A stretch of DNA of 64,000 nt from Eledone cirrhosa (lineage: Eukaryota). Position 1 is the stretch's first letter. Every line of letters begins with the position of its first letter. Location: positions 40,548,001 to 40,612,000 of the forward strand of contig OZ024757.1 of the NCBI GenBank assembly GCA_964016885.1, given 5' to 3'. The notes beneath the pieces are model-generated. The model saw nothing but the letters and a program-made list of their open reading frames with translations, had not been told where the DNA came from and did not search any database. Both the position numbers and the translations under genes were made by a program. Shown here in pieces: positions 1 through 13,209 of the stretch.

Positions 1-37
1 GTATATTAGGTTAACACTTGATATAGCAGGAAGAGGG

Positions 38-73
38 TCTTAACGTTTCGGATGCTAGTCCTTCATCAGAAGA
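38..73 (-). ncRNA. Minimal type I hammerhead ribozyme motif, family A
   Basis: Minus strand reads TCTT-CTGATGA-A-GGA CTAGCA TCC-GAAA-CGT-T-AAGA: stem I TCTT/AAGA, both core boxes, stem II GGA/TCC, palindromic minimal stem III (ACGT). Lies in a repeat also seen at ~350-445, 25880-26120, 33120-33260 and 46905-47115. Confidence 0.7.
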
Positions 74-149
74 AAGAATGAGAAATAAGATAGATTGATT
101 TTGGAAAAAAATGTCTTTAGATAGAAAAGATTTGATATATATAGTGGAT

Positions 150-332
150 CAACGTTCGTCAAATCGGACCGAGGTATTTCCAATTGCTAATAATATCTAT
201 AGGTCGTAACTCCAGTTAGAAGCAGCAACGTGAAATAAAGTGTCTTGCTCAAGGACATAACGCATCGCCCGGTCCAGAAATCGAACTGACAACCTCAAAA
301 TTGCAAATCCAATTCTCTAAGCCATCAGCCAC
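150..332 (-). mobile_element. tRNA-derived SINE with CORE-like domain (family 1)
   Basis: Minus strand has B-box-like GTTCGATT, then GTCCTTGAGCAAGACACTTTATTTCACGTTGCT (CORE-like); the tail matches the copy at 10395-10590. Confidence 0.75.
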
Positions 333-406
333 AAAAATAACAATAGAAACGGCACAGTACATGGAAGAAATATATTACTTTAACGCTTGAAATAGCAGGA
401 AGTGGG

Positions 407-442
407 TCTTAACGTTTCGGACGCTAGTCCTTCATCAGAAGA
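407..442 (-). ncRNA. Minimal type I hammerhead ribozyme motif, family A (best copy)
   Basis: Minus strand TCTT-CTGATGA-A-GGAC TAGC GTCC-GAAA-CGT-T-AAGA; perfect 4-bp stem II, palindromic stem III, stem I TCTT/AAGA. Confidence 0.75.
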
Positions 443-1423
443 ATAAATAACAAACTAAAGAAGAAATAGAAAGTTTGTTGTCATCTTTTGGAAAACAGTT
501 GAGGCTGGCGTATACACGCTGGATGAAGCGGGAGGGACTGGGTCTCGAAATCGTGGTCCTTCCTGGCTACATAACGGAGGAATTGGGTAGGGTATGAAGA
601 GTTTGTACATATATAGGTAATACTAATAATAATTATGATGGCGATGATGATGACAAAGCAAATACATAACCAAAACCCCAGGAGGCAGTGTTTTGTTATA
701 TTTATCATCCATTATCTTATATTTTTACCGCATTGTACCAGCTTTTTAAAGCTTATCAGTCATTTTTACATATCTCACAATACTTCACATTAACTTATTA
801 TTATTATTGTTTTGGTACAAGCTAGGAAAAAAAAATGGTTACATTAAGTAAATACACAACACAGAAATAAAAACAAAAAAACAAAAATTATTTTGGCAGA
901 AACAAACACTCTAAACTAGACGTTTTTGAGAATAGTCTAACGCAATTAAAATTAAACACACGTTGACATACACGTATAAAGTCAGTTACCAGACGCACTG
1001 AGAAACAGGCTGAGTGGTAGACTGAGAGCTAGGAAGATAGACGACGAAAAAGTACAAATACGTATTAGATACAAACAAGGGAAGTGATGGTGATAAACAA
1101 GACAATAGAGAATACGAAGCGAGATGAGAGCTGGAAGCTGTCCAATGACAATTTCTCAAACAACTAAATAAACGAGATTACGAGACAAAAGAGAAGCAGT
1201 GCTTATGGCGAGTCAATTGAGATGCTAGAAACAGCTGTCGCTTAACCCTCAAAAGATATACTTACATATACATATACATACATTCGTATATACAAGTACA
1301 TATGTATATAAATACACATACATACATATGTACATAGATATAGATACATTCACGTACATGCATAATTATATATATATATATATAGCTTTATCCCGGGTTC
1401 AATCGGGGTTAGTTCTATTGTTT

Positions 1424-1473
1424 GGCTTCCTGATGAATTCTCCCGAATGAAACAGTTTTGCCTTGTAGAAGCC
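1424..1473 (+). ncRNA. Type I hammerhead ribozyme motif, family B (extended stem III, GUA site)
   Basis: GGCTTC-CTGATGA-ATTC TCCC GAAT-GAAA-CAGTTTTGCCTT-GTA-GAAGCC: 6-bp stem I, 4-bp stem II, predicted cut after A1467. Stem II is closed by A-U rather than the usual G-C. Confidence 0.75.
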
Positions 1474-2929
1474 TTTTCTATATTAAATATATATATATAA
1501 ACTATTTTACCTGTATATATATTTACATACATAATTATGTACTATCATACATACATACAACACTAATAACAACAGCAACAACAACAATAGTAATAATAAC
1601 AACAGCAAAAACAACAACAGTAATAACAACAGCAACATCGAAATGCCGTCACCAGCTCTAAAAACAAACAGTAACAACTGCAACAATAACAACAACAGTA
1701 ACACCAACAGTAATAACAACAACAGTAACAAGTACAACAATGGGATGCCACCACTAAACTTGTACAACAACAACAACAGCAGCAACAATAGAGTAAAATC
1801 AAATAAAATAAGATAAATGGCAAATACATAGGAAGAAACGTGAGGATGAAATGAGGATAAAAATTGGTTTAAAAACAAAATGGAGAGAAGTTATGTCTAC
1901 TTCTGAGAGCAAAAGTAAATGTTATTCGTTTCGGGTCTGGGGCGGGTCGGGGCTTAGATGGCGGCGTGTAGAGGGGTGTGTGTGGAGGGGGTGAGTTGAG
2001 AACAGAAACGAGAACTAGGACAGAAAAGCCTCAAATTAAAGAAAATATAATAAAAAATAATTAAAAAAATAAACCTCACAGAAATGGAAGAAAAAAATGA
2101 CGGCGGAGAGAGAGAGAGCGGATGGGGCTGGTATACAGAGAGAGAGTGTGGAAGAGAGAGTGTGGAAGAGAAGAGAGAGAGAAAGAAAGAGAAGTGAGAG
2201 AGATAGAGAAAGAAAGAGAAGTGAGAGAGTGATGGAGAGAAAGAAAGAGAAGTGAGAGAGAGTGACGGAGAAAGACATCGTAAGAGAACATTTGAGAGAG
2301 AGAGTGGAGGAGAGTAATATCGTGAGAGAGAAAGAAAGAGAGTCGGGAAGAGAGATAGAGACAGACAGAGAGAGATAAAAAGAGAAAGAAGTGAGTGAGA
2401 AGAGACGGCGGAATTTTTCCAATGGTTTAAAGTTCGATTATTCACCAGAAGATAATAGAGAAATCTTTTTCCATTTAAAATGTTAATGATAACGAGATCA
2501 CGTTGCTATTTTTAGAAAGAGCGAATGTTTCCATTCTACAAAATCGTTGGACAAATCAAGCGTATAATAATATAACAGCGAAACCATCTTCGTCGGGAGC
2601 TGGAAATTCGTAATGTACAAAACGACGTTCGGAATCCATTTTGTATCTGTCGATTTTTTTTCATCTTACGCCATTTTTGTTTTACAATTATTTATTCGTT
2701 TCTTAGTTTCATTGTTTGTTGATCCCTCTGTTATTATTATTATTATTATTATCATTATTTTTTTTTTTGTTTGTTCTGTGTTAGGGTTTTTTTTTTACTT
2801 TATTACTTTTTATTTGTATTTAATCGTGTTAGGTATATATATATATTTTTTTTCTTTTCACTTCCAACTACGTTAGTTCTATTGCTTTTCTTCTTAAGTT
2901 CTTTATTTATTTCTTCTTAGATCGGCTTA

Positions 2930-3920
<991 letters not shown>

Positions 3921-6054
3921 GTTAATTTTTCTTTATTTTTCTTGTCTCGTCTCGGCCTGTCTTGTCCTGTTATTAGCGTCATCAACCTTATCATCATCAC
4001 CATCAACAGCAAAGCTATCGCCAACAACATTTTCATCCCCTACATTATTATTATTATTTTTATTATCATCATCATCATCATCATCATCATGATTTGACAT
4101 TTCAATCTTTTCTTTTTTACCGTTCTTTATATTTTTCTTTACATTACGATTCGATTTATTTCCAAACGTCTTCGATTCTTCTCGAAGCCATCGACTCCTA
4201 TTTCTACATATTCCCCCTCCCCTCTTCCCGCCCTTCGTCCTCCTCTTCATTATCATCACCACCATCATCATCCTCATTATCATCCTCCTTATTATCATCA
4301 TCACCATCATCATCTTCATCATCATCATCGTCTTCATTACAATTATCAATATTACTATAATCACCCCCCCCCCACCATCATCATCATCTATTGTCATTAC
4401 AAATCTATTCCCCCTCTCTCTCTCCCAGTTACTGGCATATTTCGCCGCCCCCCCCAACACCGCCATTTAAACTCTTCTTCCCTATTTCACTATCTCTCTC
4501 TCATCTCTCTCTCCATCACTCCCTACCTCTCTCAATCTCTCTCTCTCTCTCTCTATTTCTCTCTCTCCCTCTCTCATTCTCGGTCTCACTCTCCATCTCT
4601 CTCTCTCTACATCTCATTCTCCATCTCTCTCTCTCTCCATCTCTGATACTCTCTCTCTTTCTCTCAATTTCCCCATATTTCCTTCTATATATCATATATT
4701 CCTTTACTTCTCTATATAGCCTTGACAACAACAACAGCATCACCACCACCACCACCACCACCACCACCACCAACAGCAACAGCACCGACTACAACAACAA
4801 CAACAACAAGAGCTCTACCCTTTTTTTCTTGGTATTTTCGATATTTATATCATTTTCTGTCTGTCTACTTCCTTTTAACCATAAGTTATACCTTTCCGAA
4901 TACCACCCTCCGCCTCCCACCAACCCATACCCCACCACCACTACCAGCAACAACAACACCACCACTACAATTACCATCACCACCCCCATCACCACTACTA
5001 TCGTCACCGCCGTACACTTGCGTTTAAATCCTCTATCCTAATTCAACCCTTCCTCTTCTTTTTTCTTCCAACCTTATTCTCACGTCTTCTTCCTCACCCA
5101 AACTCCCTCTCTCGCTTTCTCCATCTCGCCCGCTCTTGCTTTAGACTTTCATCCTCTCTCCTTGCTATCATGTCCCAAACACACATACTCTCTCTCTCTC
5201 TCTCTTCCTTTATACGTCCATCTCTCCCTTTCCCCAGGTTCAACTCTCCATATAACACATCTCCCTTTCTTCTGACTCTCTCTCTCTCTTCTATCTCACT
5301 ATCTCTCTCTCTCCATATATATATATATATCTTTCCCCAGCTCAAACTCTCCATATATCCAATCCCCCTCTCTCATCACACTCTCACTGTATCTCCCTCT
5401 CCTCTCTCTCACTCCCTCACTCCTTCAGTCTCTCTAACAACCCTCCTTTCGACCCTTCAAACACTATTTTCCCCCATCTGATACTCTCCAGCCTTAAATA
5501 CTCAATTTTTCTCAGTTTTTCTCCGTTCATCTCTGTATGTCTCTCTGTCTCTCTCCCCCTCTCCCTAACAACCCTTTCTCACCTTCATACACTATCTTCC
5601 CTCACCCGACATTCTCCAAACTCAAACGTTCTCTGTGTATCTCAGTTGTTCTCCGTTCGTCTCTCTCTGTGTCTCTCTTATCCCCCCCCCTCTCTCTTTC
5701 TCTTTGCATCTCTCAGTGTTGTTGTTGTTGTGGCTCTAGTACTTGTAAATCACTGGTTCATCAATAAGGGAGGAAGAGAGTGTTAGTTCTATGTTATATG
5801 TCTGCTGGCTTGGAAACAAATGCAATAACATCTATCCCAAACAGCACAGTTGGCCAAATGGATAAACTCGCAGATTTTACGATCGAAGCTTTCACAGTTT
5901 CCATCACTTAGTCGTAAACTATAAACACGCATACTTATGTACATACACACACACACACACACATATATACGCATGTTTACATATACAAACACACATATAC
6001 ACACACATGCTCAGATACACAAGCATACACAGAAAGATGCATACTTAAATACAT

Positions 6055-6109
6055 AGAAAGATGCATACACAGAAAGATGCATACTTACATACATAGTCAC
6101 ACGTATATT

Positions 6110-6141
<32 letters not shown>

Positions 6142-6217
6142 CATATAGATAGATAGATATCTTAGATAGATATAGATATAATAGACAGATAAATAAACAG
6201 TTAGATAGAGAGATAGA

Positions 6218-6255
<38 letters not shown>

Positions 6256-6321
6256 TCTATCTCTCTATCTAACTGTTTATTTATCTGTCTATTATATCTA
6301 TATATCTATCTAAGATATCTA

Positions 6322-6398
<77 letters not shown>

Positions 6399-6446
6399 GT
6401 GTGACTATGTATATAAGTATGCATCTTTCTGTGTATGCATCTTTCT
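6055..6446. repeat. Long inverted duplication centred on a (TA)n tract
   Basis: 6055-6220 is the reverse complement of 6253-6446 (e.g. AGAAAGATGCATACACAGAAAGATGCATAC vs GTATGCATCTTTCTGTGTATGCATCTTTCT), apart from microsatellite length differences. Confidence 0.9.
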
Positions 6447-6839
6447 GGAGCGAGAGAGAGAGAGAGAGAAAGAGAGAGAGTGACAGAGACAGACATAAAG
6501 ATAGATCAATAGATAGGTAGAGAGATAGAGAAACAGTTAGATAAATAGAGAGATTGATATATAAAAAGATGTATTTTCTTTACTCCATTTAATGGCTTCT
6601 GTTCACTAGATCGTGGTCGTGCTGGGGCAATGCCCTCAAACATTTGCAAGATCATATCGACCAGAATATATATTTTTCGTTTCAACTGTGCAACATATAT
6701 ACAATTTTTTTTATTGATATTTATTTCTCGAATCACTGTTAAGTTATGAGACACGTACACTTGCATACACACACAAATATACTCACACAAACACACACAT
6801 ATATATATATATATGTGTGTGTATGTATATATATATGAG

Positions 6840-7075
6840 TCTCGGGTTCAATCTAGCGTAGCCACAGTAAGTAAGGTACTCAATGCATTAGTAGAGAGTA
6901 AACTTCAAATTTAATATAGAAATGGCTTCTACAGAACTAAAACTGTTTCATTCGAATGAAATCACCAGGAAAAATTTACAGATGATTTCCTTCGAAAGAA
7001 ATAGTTTTAGTCCTGTAGAAGCCATTTCTATATTGAATTTAATGCTTACACTCTACTATGTATTGAGCATCTTAC
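6840..7075. mobile_element. Family B element as a diverged fold-back with two degenerate hammerhead copies
   Basis: Arms 6870-6970 and 6979-7075 are inverted. The minus-strand core reads CTGGTGA...GAAACAG...CTGTAGAAGCC and the plus-strand copy CAGATGA...GAAATAG...CTGTAGAAGCC. Confidence 0.75.
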
Positions 7076-7643
7076 ATACATATATACATAGTGGCTCCAA
7101 CTCGTTTTCGAGTACGGCCACTACTTTATATCCATGTAGGAGAACCCCTACCGATGCGCTGAACGAGTGTGACTTTTTATTCCAGCCAGCGACTTGAAAA
7201 CTCTGGTACAAACACTACACTTGTGACAATTATTGACACATAGTGCTGGGCCCATGGTACGATGTGACGACAAGTGCAGAGAGATCTCCAGATATAAAGC
7301 AATGCCTGTGCCGTGAAGCTTTTATAGTGAGCAAAGGCACTGCACAAAGCCAGTCCCACTCTCTTAACCAAGATGATATTTACCAAAAAGAAAAACAAGT
7401 CGACATCATTGGATACCATCAGGGTTGCAGGTGTTATATCAGAGTTTTCCTTCTCCTAGAATTCTGCCTTGACAAAGGCTGAGGGGTCATCTCTCCCGGG
7501 TTGGATACATACATACATATATACATACATATATATGCACAAGTATACATACATACACAGATATAAACGTATACAAACATGATGGCTGTCCCCTCGTTAT
7601 CGAGTATGGCCACACTTGTACACACACACACACATTATATATA

Positions 7644-7672
<29 letters not shown>

Positions 7673-7674
<2 letters not shown>

Positions 7675-7862
7675 ACGAAGGGAGTGTGGTAAGGAACCAG
7701 GTGGACCATAACGCACCAGAGTACTCGATTATTTGTGGGTAATAGGAAAAGTGTCATAACACCGACGGTAGAGCTCAAGCCGTTTCGACAGCTATTTCAG
7801 TCCAGAAATAGCTGTCGAAACGCCTTGAGCTCTGCCGTCGGGGTACTGACTCTGTTCCTATT
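7673..7862. mobile_element. Dispersed short element (family C) ending in a ~58-bp-arm hairpin
   Basis: 5' part AACGAAGG..GTGGTAAGGAACCAGGTGGACCATAACGCACCA recurs at 21449-21505; 7741-7798 pairs with 7805-7862 around the loop AGTCCA. Confidence 0.7.
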
Positions 7863-7882
7863 ATATATATATATATATATAA

Positions 7883-7928
<46 letters not shown>

Positions 7929-8229
7929 GTATATATATATACATCTACGTCATTTATAAGATGATGTAATATAGAGAAAGACCCAAATTCAATTTGCTTT
8001 ATTAAAATATATATAACACACAGCTTTTATTTAATGACGTATGTACAAACTGTTAAACGTACAAGCTGAGAATTGTTGTCTATCTGTTACTACTACTACT
8101 ACTAGTAATACTGCTGCTACTATTACTGCTACTGCTACTACTCTATCATCTACTAGTATTACTACTGTTACTACTACAACAAGTATACTTTATCAGCTTC
8201 TAGTAGTACTATTATCTACTGTTACTACT

Positions 8230-8510
8230 ACTCAATACGATCACTATCAACTACTAGCAGTACTACTAATAACTGCTGTTACTACGACTATCAGTTACTA
8301 GCAGTACTACTAATAACTGCTGCTACTACGACTATCAGTTACTAGCAGTACTACTAGTAACTGCTAATACTACGACTATCAAATACTAGCAGTATATGTA
8401 TCTGCTAGTACTCCGTCTGCCAGTCTATCAGCTGCTGACTGTACTAGTACTACAGCTAGTACTACGACTATCAGTCTATCAGCTACTAGCAGTACTACTA
8501 GTATCTGCTA
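8230..8510. repeat. Degenerate ACT-rich minisatellite (~45-bp unit)
   Basis: Recurring ACTACGACTATCAGTTACTAGCAGTACTACTA. Confidence 0.75.
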
Positions 8511-8934
8511 CTCAGTGCTAACAGAAGATAGTGGGGACTATAACACTACATAGTAGCTACTAAGTCTCTATTTGCAATGAGATATATTTTCAATATTATT
8601 TCGGTGCAATTAACAATTGCATTTTCTGACAACACAGACTTGTAACAGGATGTGTTGTGTTGTGTAGTGTTGCTTTGTGTTTAAGTGTTGTGTAGTGTTG
8701 TGTTGTGTTTAAGTGCTGTGTTTAAGTGTTGTGTAGTGTTGGTGGTGGTGTTAGTGTTAGTGGTGTTGTGTTATGTTAGTGTTGTATTAGTTTTGTGTTA
8801 ATAGCGGAGTTCCTCTCACTACAGTTATGATATTGTCAGTTCAATTCCCAGCGTTACGTCATGTTCTTGTTTCTATAGCCCACTCACGCCAAGGGTGCAG
8901 GGCTTAGTTATTCCAGGAATTCTGAGGTCATACA

Positions 8935-9040
8935 CATTAGTGACTACGCTTCACGATCGTCAAGTTGTGAGTTCGATTCCCGGCGTGAAATTCTGTCTTT
9001 AGGAAAGACATAATTTATTTCATGTTGCTCCAGTTCACTT
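8935..9040 (+). mobile_element. Degenerate SINE family 1
   Basis: GTGAGTTCGATTCCCGG B-box followed by AAGACA..TTTATTTCATGTTGCTCCAGTTCACT. Confidence 0.65.
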
Positions 9041-9084
9041 TGTTCGGAGGAGGGCTGGGTTCGAGTAGGGGATGAATGTGTTGT

Positions 9085-9602
9085 TCATGTTATTCTAAGG
9101 TCCAAATTTGTACCAGAATATAGGGTGTTCCGCTAACAATCGTAATGTTATAAGTTCCCTTGTCAGCCATGCGGCTTATCCTTACAGAAGACATTTATTG
9201 CACGTTCCTCCAATCTATCCAGCTAGAGCAAAGAATGAGTTATACCTGAAATTCAAAAGCCTAAACTTCTCACAAAATATGGTGTTTAGCTGACATCTAA
9301 AATAAGGGGCAGATATTGCCATATCCTGGCGTTCAAAGGTGCCAAACACTTTAATAAGCTATCAAGAAAATTGAGAGATCTTCATCGTGTGGACGTGGAT
9401 GTTTTCAACAAACGTCTTGACACCCTGCTAACCAGGATGAGCCAACAACATGGTACGAAGGTAAACTAAGGGCAGCAGCAACGAATTCCTTCCTACATCA
9501 ATGGCCAGACAACACAGGCTGGTTATAGAATGTGTAGCATTAAGGGCAGTGCCCCAGCATGGCCTCAGCCGGATGGCTGGAACAGGTAAAAGAGTAAAAG
9601 AT
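9085..9602 (+). mobile_element. 3' remnant of a CR1/L2-type LINE (degenerate ORF2 C-terminus and 3' UTR)
   Basis: Manual translation from ~9326 gives LAFKGAKHFNKLSRKLRDLHRVDVDVFNKRLDTLL, then after a frameshift DEPTTWYEGKLRAAATNSFLHQ, like CR1/L2 C-termini (FN.LP...FK..LD..L). Ends in GTGCCCCAGCATGGCC and a (GTAAAAGA)2 tail. Confidence 0.7.
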
Positions 9603-10394
9603 AATATATATATATACATTTGTGGATCAACAGCATCGACATCACCACCACCACCGAGATCAACACCTCCCACAACCATCAACAGCATCAACACCATTAC
9701 CACAACCAACACCATCTCTACCACCACCACCACCACCACCACCATCAACACTACCAACCATACCACCTTCCACATGCACCCCTCAGTATCAACACCTCCA
9801 CAAGCACCACCGACATCACCACCACCACCACCACAACAACAAATATAATGAAAATAAAAACAAAATAAAGCAAAATAAATAAATAAAGCTAAAAAAACAA
9901 CCCCGAAAACAAACAACAAAAAAACAACCCCAAAACAAACAACAAAACAATCAGCTAGAATCCATCGCAACACTGAAAAGCACATCAAAAGCTAACATTG
10001 TCGGCTGCCAAATTTAATCAACATGGAATATTCTGGAATATTTAAAGCAGTCACTGCCGCAACATATGTATCAGTAGCAGCTAGAAGAACAGCAGTAACA
10101 ACAACAGTAGTAATAACAGCAACAACAATAACAGCAACAATATGAGTAACATCAACAACTGGAGTAGCTACAACTGCAACAGCAGTAACAACAGTAACAG
10201 CAACATTTTTAGCAATAATGGTAACAACTGTAGAAGCACCAGCATCAGCTGCAACTGCAATGGTGACAGTAGAACAGTCCGATATGGAAGCTAATGCAGT
10301 GCAATTTATAGAGTATATAATCGGGCATCTATATACGGGCCACATGCCGATTGACATCAACCAGTCTATGGTCATGGCGCTCTCTGCATATGTG

Positions 10395-10590
10395 TCCGGT
10401 TGTTAGAGAATTGGATTCGCAATGGAGAGGTTGTTAGTTCGATTCCCGGACCAGGTGATGCGTTATGTCCTCGAACAAGACATTATATTTCACGTTGCTC
10501 CTTCTACACGGAGTTGCGACTGATAGATAGTATTAGCAATTGGAAAGACCAATGGAAACATTGTTTCCTCGGTCCGATTTGACGAAAGTC
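10395..10590 (+). mobile_element. tRNA-derived SINE family 1
   Basis: AGTTCGATTCCCGGACC B-box, CORE-like AAGACATTATATTTCACGTTGCTCC, tail shared with 150-200. Confidence 0.75.
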
Positions 10591-10707
10591 GTTCGCCTGT
10601 CGATATATATATATATATATATATAGATCCCAGGTTAAATCGGGGATAACCACAGTAAGTAAGGTACTCAATACATAGCAGAGTAAAAGTAATTTAATAT
10701 AGAAGTG

Positions 10708-10756
10708 GCTTCTACAGGACTAGAACTGTTTCATTTGGAGGAAATCATCAGAAAGC
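10708..10756 (-). ncRNA. Type I hammerhead motif, family B
   Basis: Minus strand GCTTT-CTGATGA-TTTCCTCCAAAT-GAAA-CAG TTCTAGTC CT-GTA-GAAGC; weak stem II. Within element 10628-10800, followed by an inverted partial copy at 10767-10798. Confidence 0.6.
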
Positions 10757-10795
10757 TTTCCAGACACAGTTCTAGTCCTGTAGAGCCCATTTCTA

Positions 10796-10852
<57 letters not shown>

Positions 10853-10856
<4 letters not shown>

Positions 10857-11055
10857 ATAATAATAAATTTGAAGACTAAAATCCCAAGAGTGCTCGATAA
10901 GGATAAATATATATCAAATATATAAGAACCGTAGAGCAAATATTTATTAAAATAACAGATTAAAGTTTAAGCAAAGAATCGGTTCTTTCACCCTTAACGG
11001 TTAAGGGTGAAAGCAGCGATTCTTTGCTTAAACTTTAATCTATTTTAATAAATAT
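10853..11055. mobile_element. Dispersed element (family D) with terminal fold-back
   Basis: 10853-11000 is nearly identical to 25165-25312; 10940-10998 is then repeated inverted at 11000-11055. Confidence 0.8.
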
Positions 11056-11076
11056 ATATATATGTGTGTGTGGGGG

Positions 11077-11109
<33 letters not shown>

Positions 11110-11110
11110 A

Positions 11111-11149
<39 letters not shown>

Positions 11150-11150
11150 A

Positions 11151-11194
<44 letters not shown>

Positions 11195-11198
11195 CCAC

Positions 11199-11242
<44 letters not shown>

Positions 11243-11641
11243 CACACACAGACATACATAGGTATTTAAACAGCCATTCTTCAGACTTATAGTCTAAAGC
11301 CTATACATTAATACAGTCTTTAGAACATCAGATATAATGCTTTGCGGCATTCGTACTTGTGCGTTCTGATTTCAAATCTCGCCAAGATCATTTCTGCCAA
11401 CTTTGTCTTATATAATCGATAACCTAAAGTGATAGTCAAACGTATTGAATTAGGCGAATTTATAGAGCGGAAGTTGAGATACCTTTCGTTATTTTCTTCC
11501 GTTTTTTTTTGTTTTTTTTTTTGCGTTTAGAGTGTTTCTTCATATTTTATCCCGAACCACTGGGGAAGTCCTAGGTGCGCTCTAGTGGCATACGGCATTT
11601 CTTAGCCGTTTTAAGTCCCGTGCAGCTCTTCTCCTCTCCAA

Positions 11642-11776
11642 TTAGGTTTGAGTAGAGCAGATTTCTTCCAGAGAAGAACAGAGTGAGAGAATGGAAGAGC
11701 GAAAATGAGATAGAGGAAATCATTTTTGCTTTTCCATTCTCTCTCTCTAGAAGAAATCTGTTCTAGTCAAACCTAA
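11642..11776. repeat. Imperfect inverted repeat (~60-bp arms)
   Basis: TTAGGTTTGAGTAGAGCAGATTTCTTC...GAGAATGGAAGAGCGAAAATGA pairs with TCATTTTTGCTTTTCCATTCTC...GAAGAAATCTGTTCTAGTCAAACCTAA. Confidence 0.8.
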
Positions 11777-11794
11777 CGTCGTATGTCACTACAG

Positions 11795-11945
11795 CACTAG
11801 ACTGGTACATATTCTTTTATCAACCTCGAAAGGTTGAATGACACAGTTGACCTCGGCAGAACTTGAAATCAAAGTGTAGAGTTTGGGAACTAATAACGTA
11901 AAGCATTCTGGATGACATTCTCACGTCTCTGCCAATTGGTGGCCG
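11795..11945 (-). mobile_element. Degenerate SINE family 2
   Basis: ACTGGTACATATTCTTTTATCAACCTCGAAAGGTTGAATG...GTTGACCTCGGCAGAACTTGAA matches the reverse complement of the 29521-29711 family. Confidence 0.6.
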
Positions 11946-13209
11946 TTTGGAGTATATATCTAGTTATATTCTAGAAACCACTCACACATGTACACACACA
12001 CGCACACACACACTGACACAAGCAAATTCATACGTTGACACTCACACACAGACAGACACACAAACAGTCTGACACACACACACACACACACACACTGACA
12101 CAGAAACATACACACTGGCACAGAAACATACTGACATAGAAACACACAACACACACACAAACACACACACTCACACACAAACAAATAAAGACACCGACAA
12201 ACACACACAGACACACACACATACACACAGACAGACACACACAAACACACAGACATACAATAAAAACCACTTGGTGTACAAGGATGAATGAAAAGTTTAA
12301 TAAACATAAACCACAAATGACTTATTTCTTGTCTACGTAAGCAGTAACATCTTTTCCCCAAAGACTTTATTGAGACAAACAGACAGACAGAGAGACAGAC
12401 AAACAACCGTGCAACTCCATAGATATTAGCAAAGCAAACGAAACGAATCGAATCGAAACCAAACCAAAATTATCAATGACCAACTATTTATTGATTTATG
12501 GAAGAGAAAAGGAGTTGGCAAGGGTAGAGGTGGATGGTGTAGCGGATGGAGGTCGTTTTTCTTTATTCGTTCAGCCGATTTTCTTGTACTCATCGTTCTG
12601 TGAGCAACTGTTAAGCAACATATATATACTCGTCCTAAACCGCCGACAACAGCAGCAGCAAAAACAACAAAAACAAAAACAATACAAAGAATACTACAGC
12701 CAGAACAACAACGACAACGCCAACAACAACAACACCAGCAACACCACCAGCAGCAAGAACACCAACAACAGCAAAAACAATAACAACACCAGAAACACGA
12801 ACAACAACAACAACAACACCAGAAACACGAACAACACCAACAACAACACCAACAACACCAACAACAACACCAACAACACAAACAACAGCAAAAACAATAA
12901 CAACACCAGAAACACCACCAACACCAACAACACCAACAACAACATCAACACCAACGACACCACCTACGCCAACACCATCACCAACAACAACACAATCATC
13001 ATCAACAACAACACCAACACCAACACCACCAACAACACCACCAACACCAACAACACCACCAACAACACCACCAACACCAACACCACCAACACCACCAACA
13101 CCAACACCACCACCACCAACAACACCAACAGCACCAACACCACCACCGCCAGCAACAACACCAACAACAACACCAACAACACCCAGGGACTGGGGAACTG
13201 AGTTAGTGG

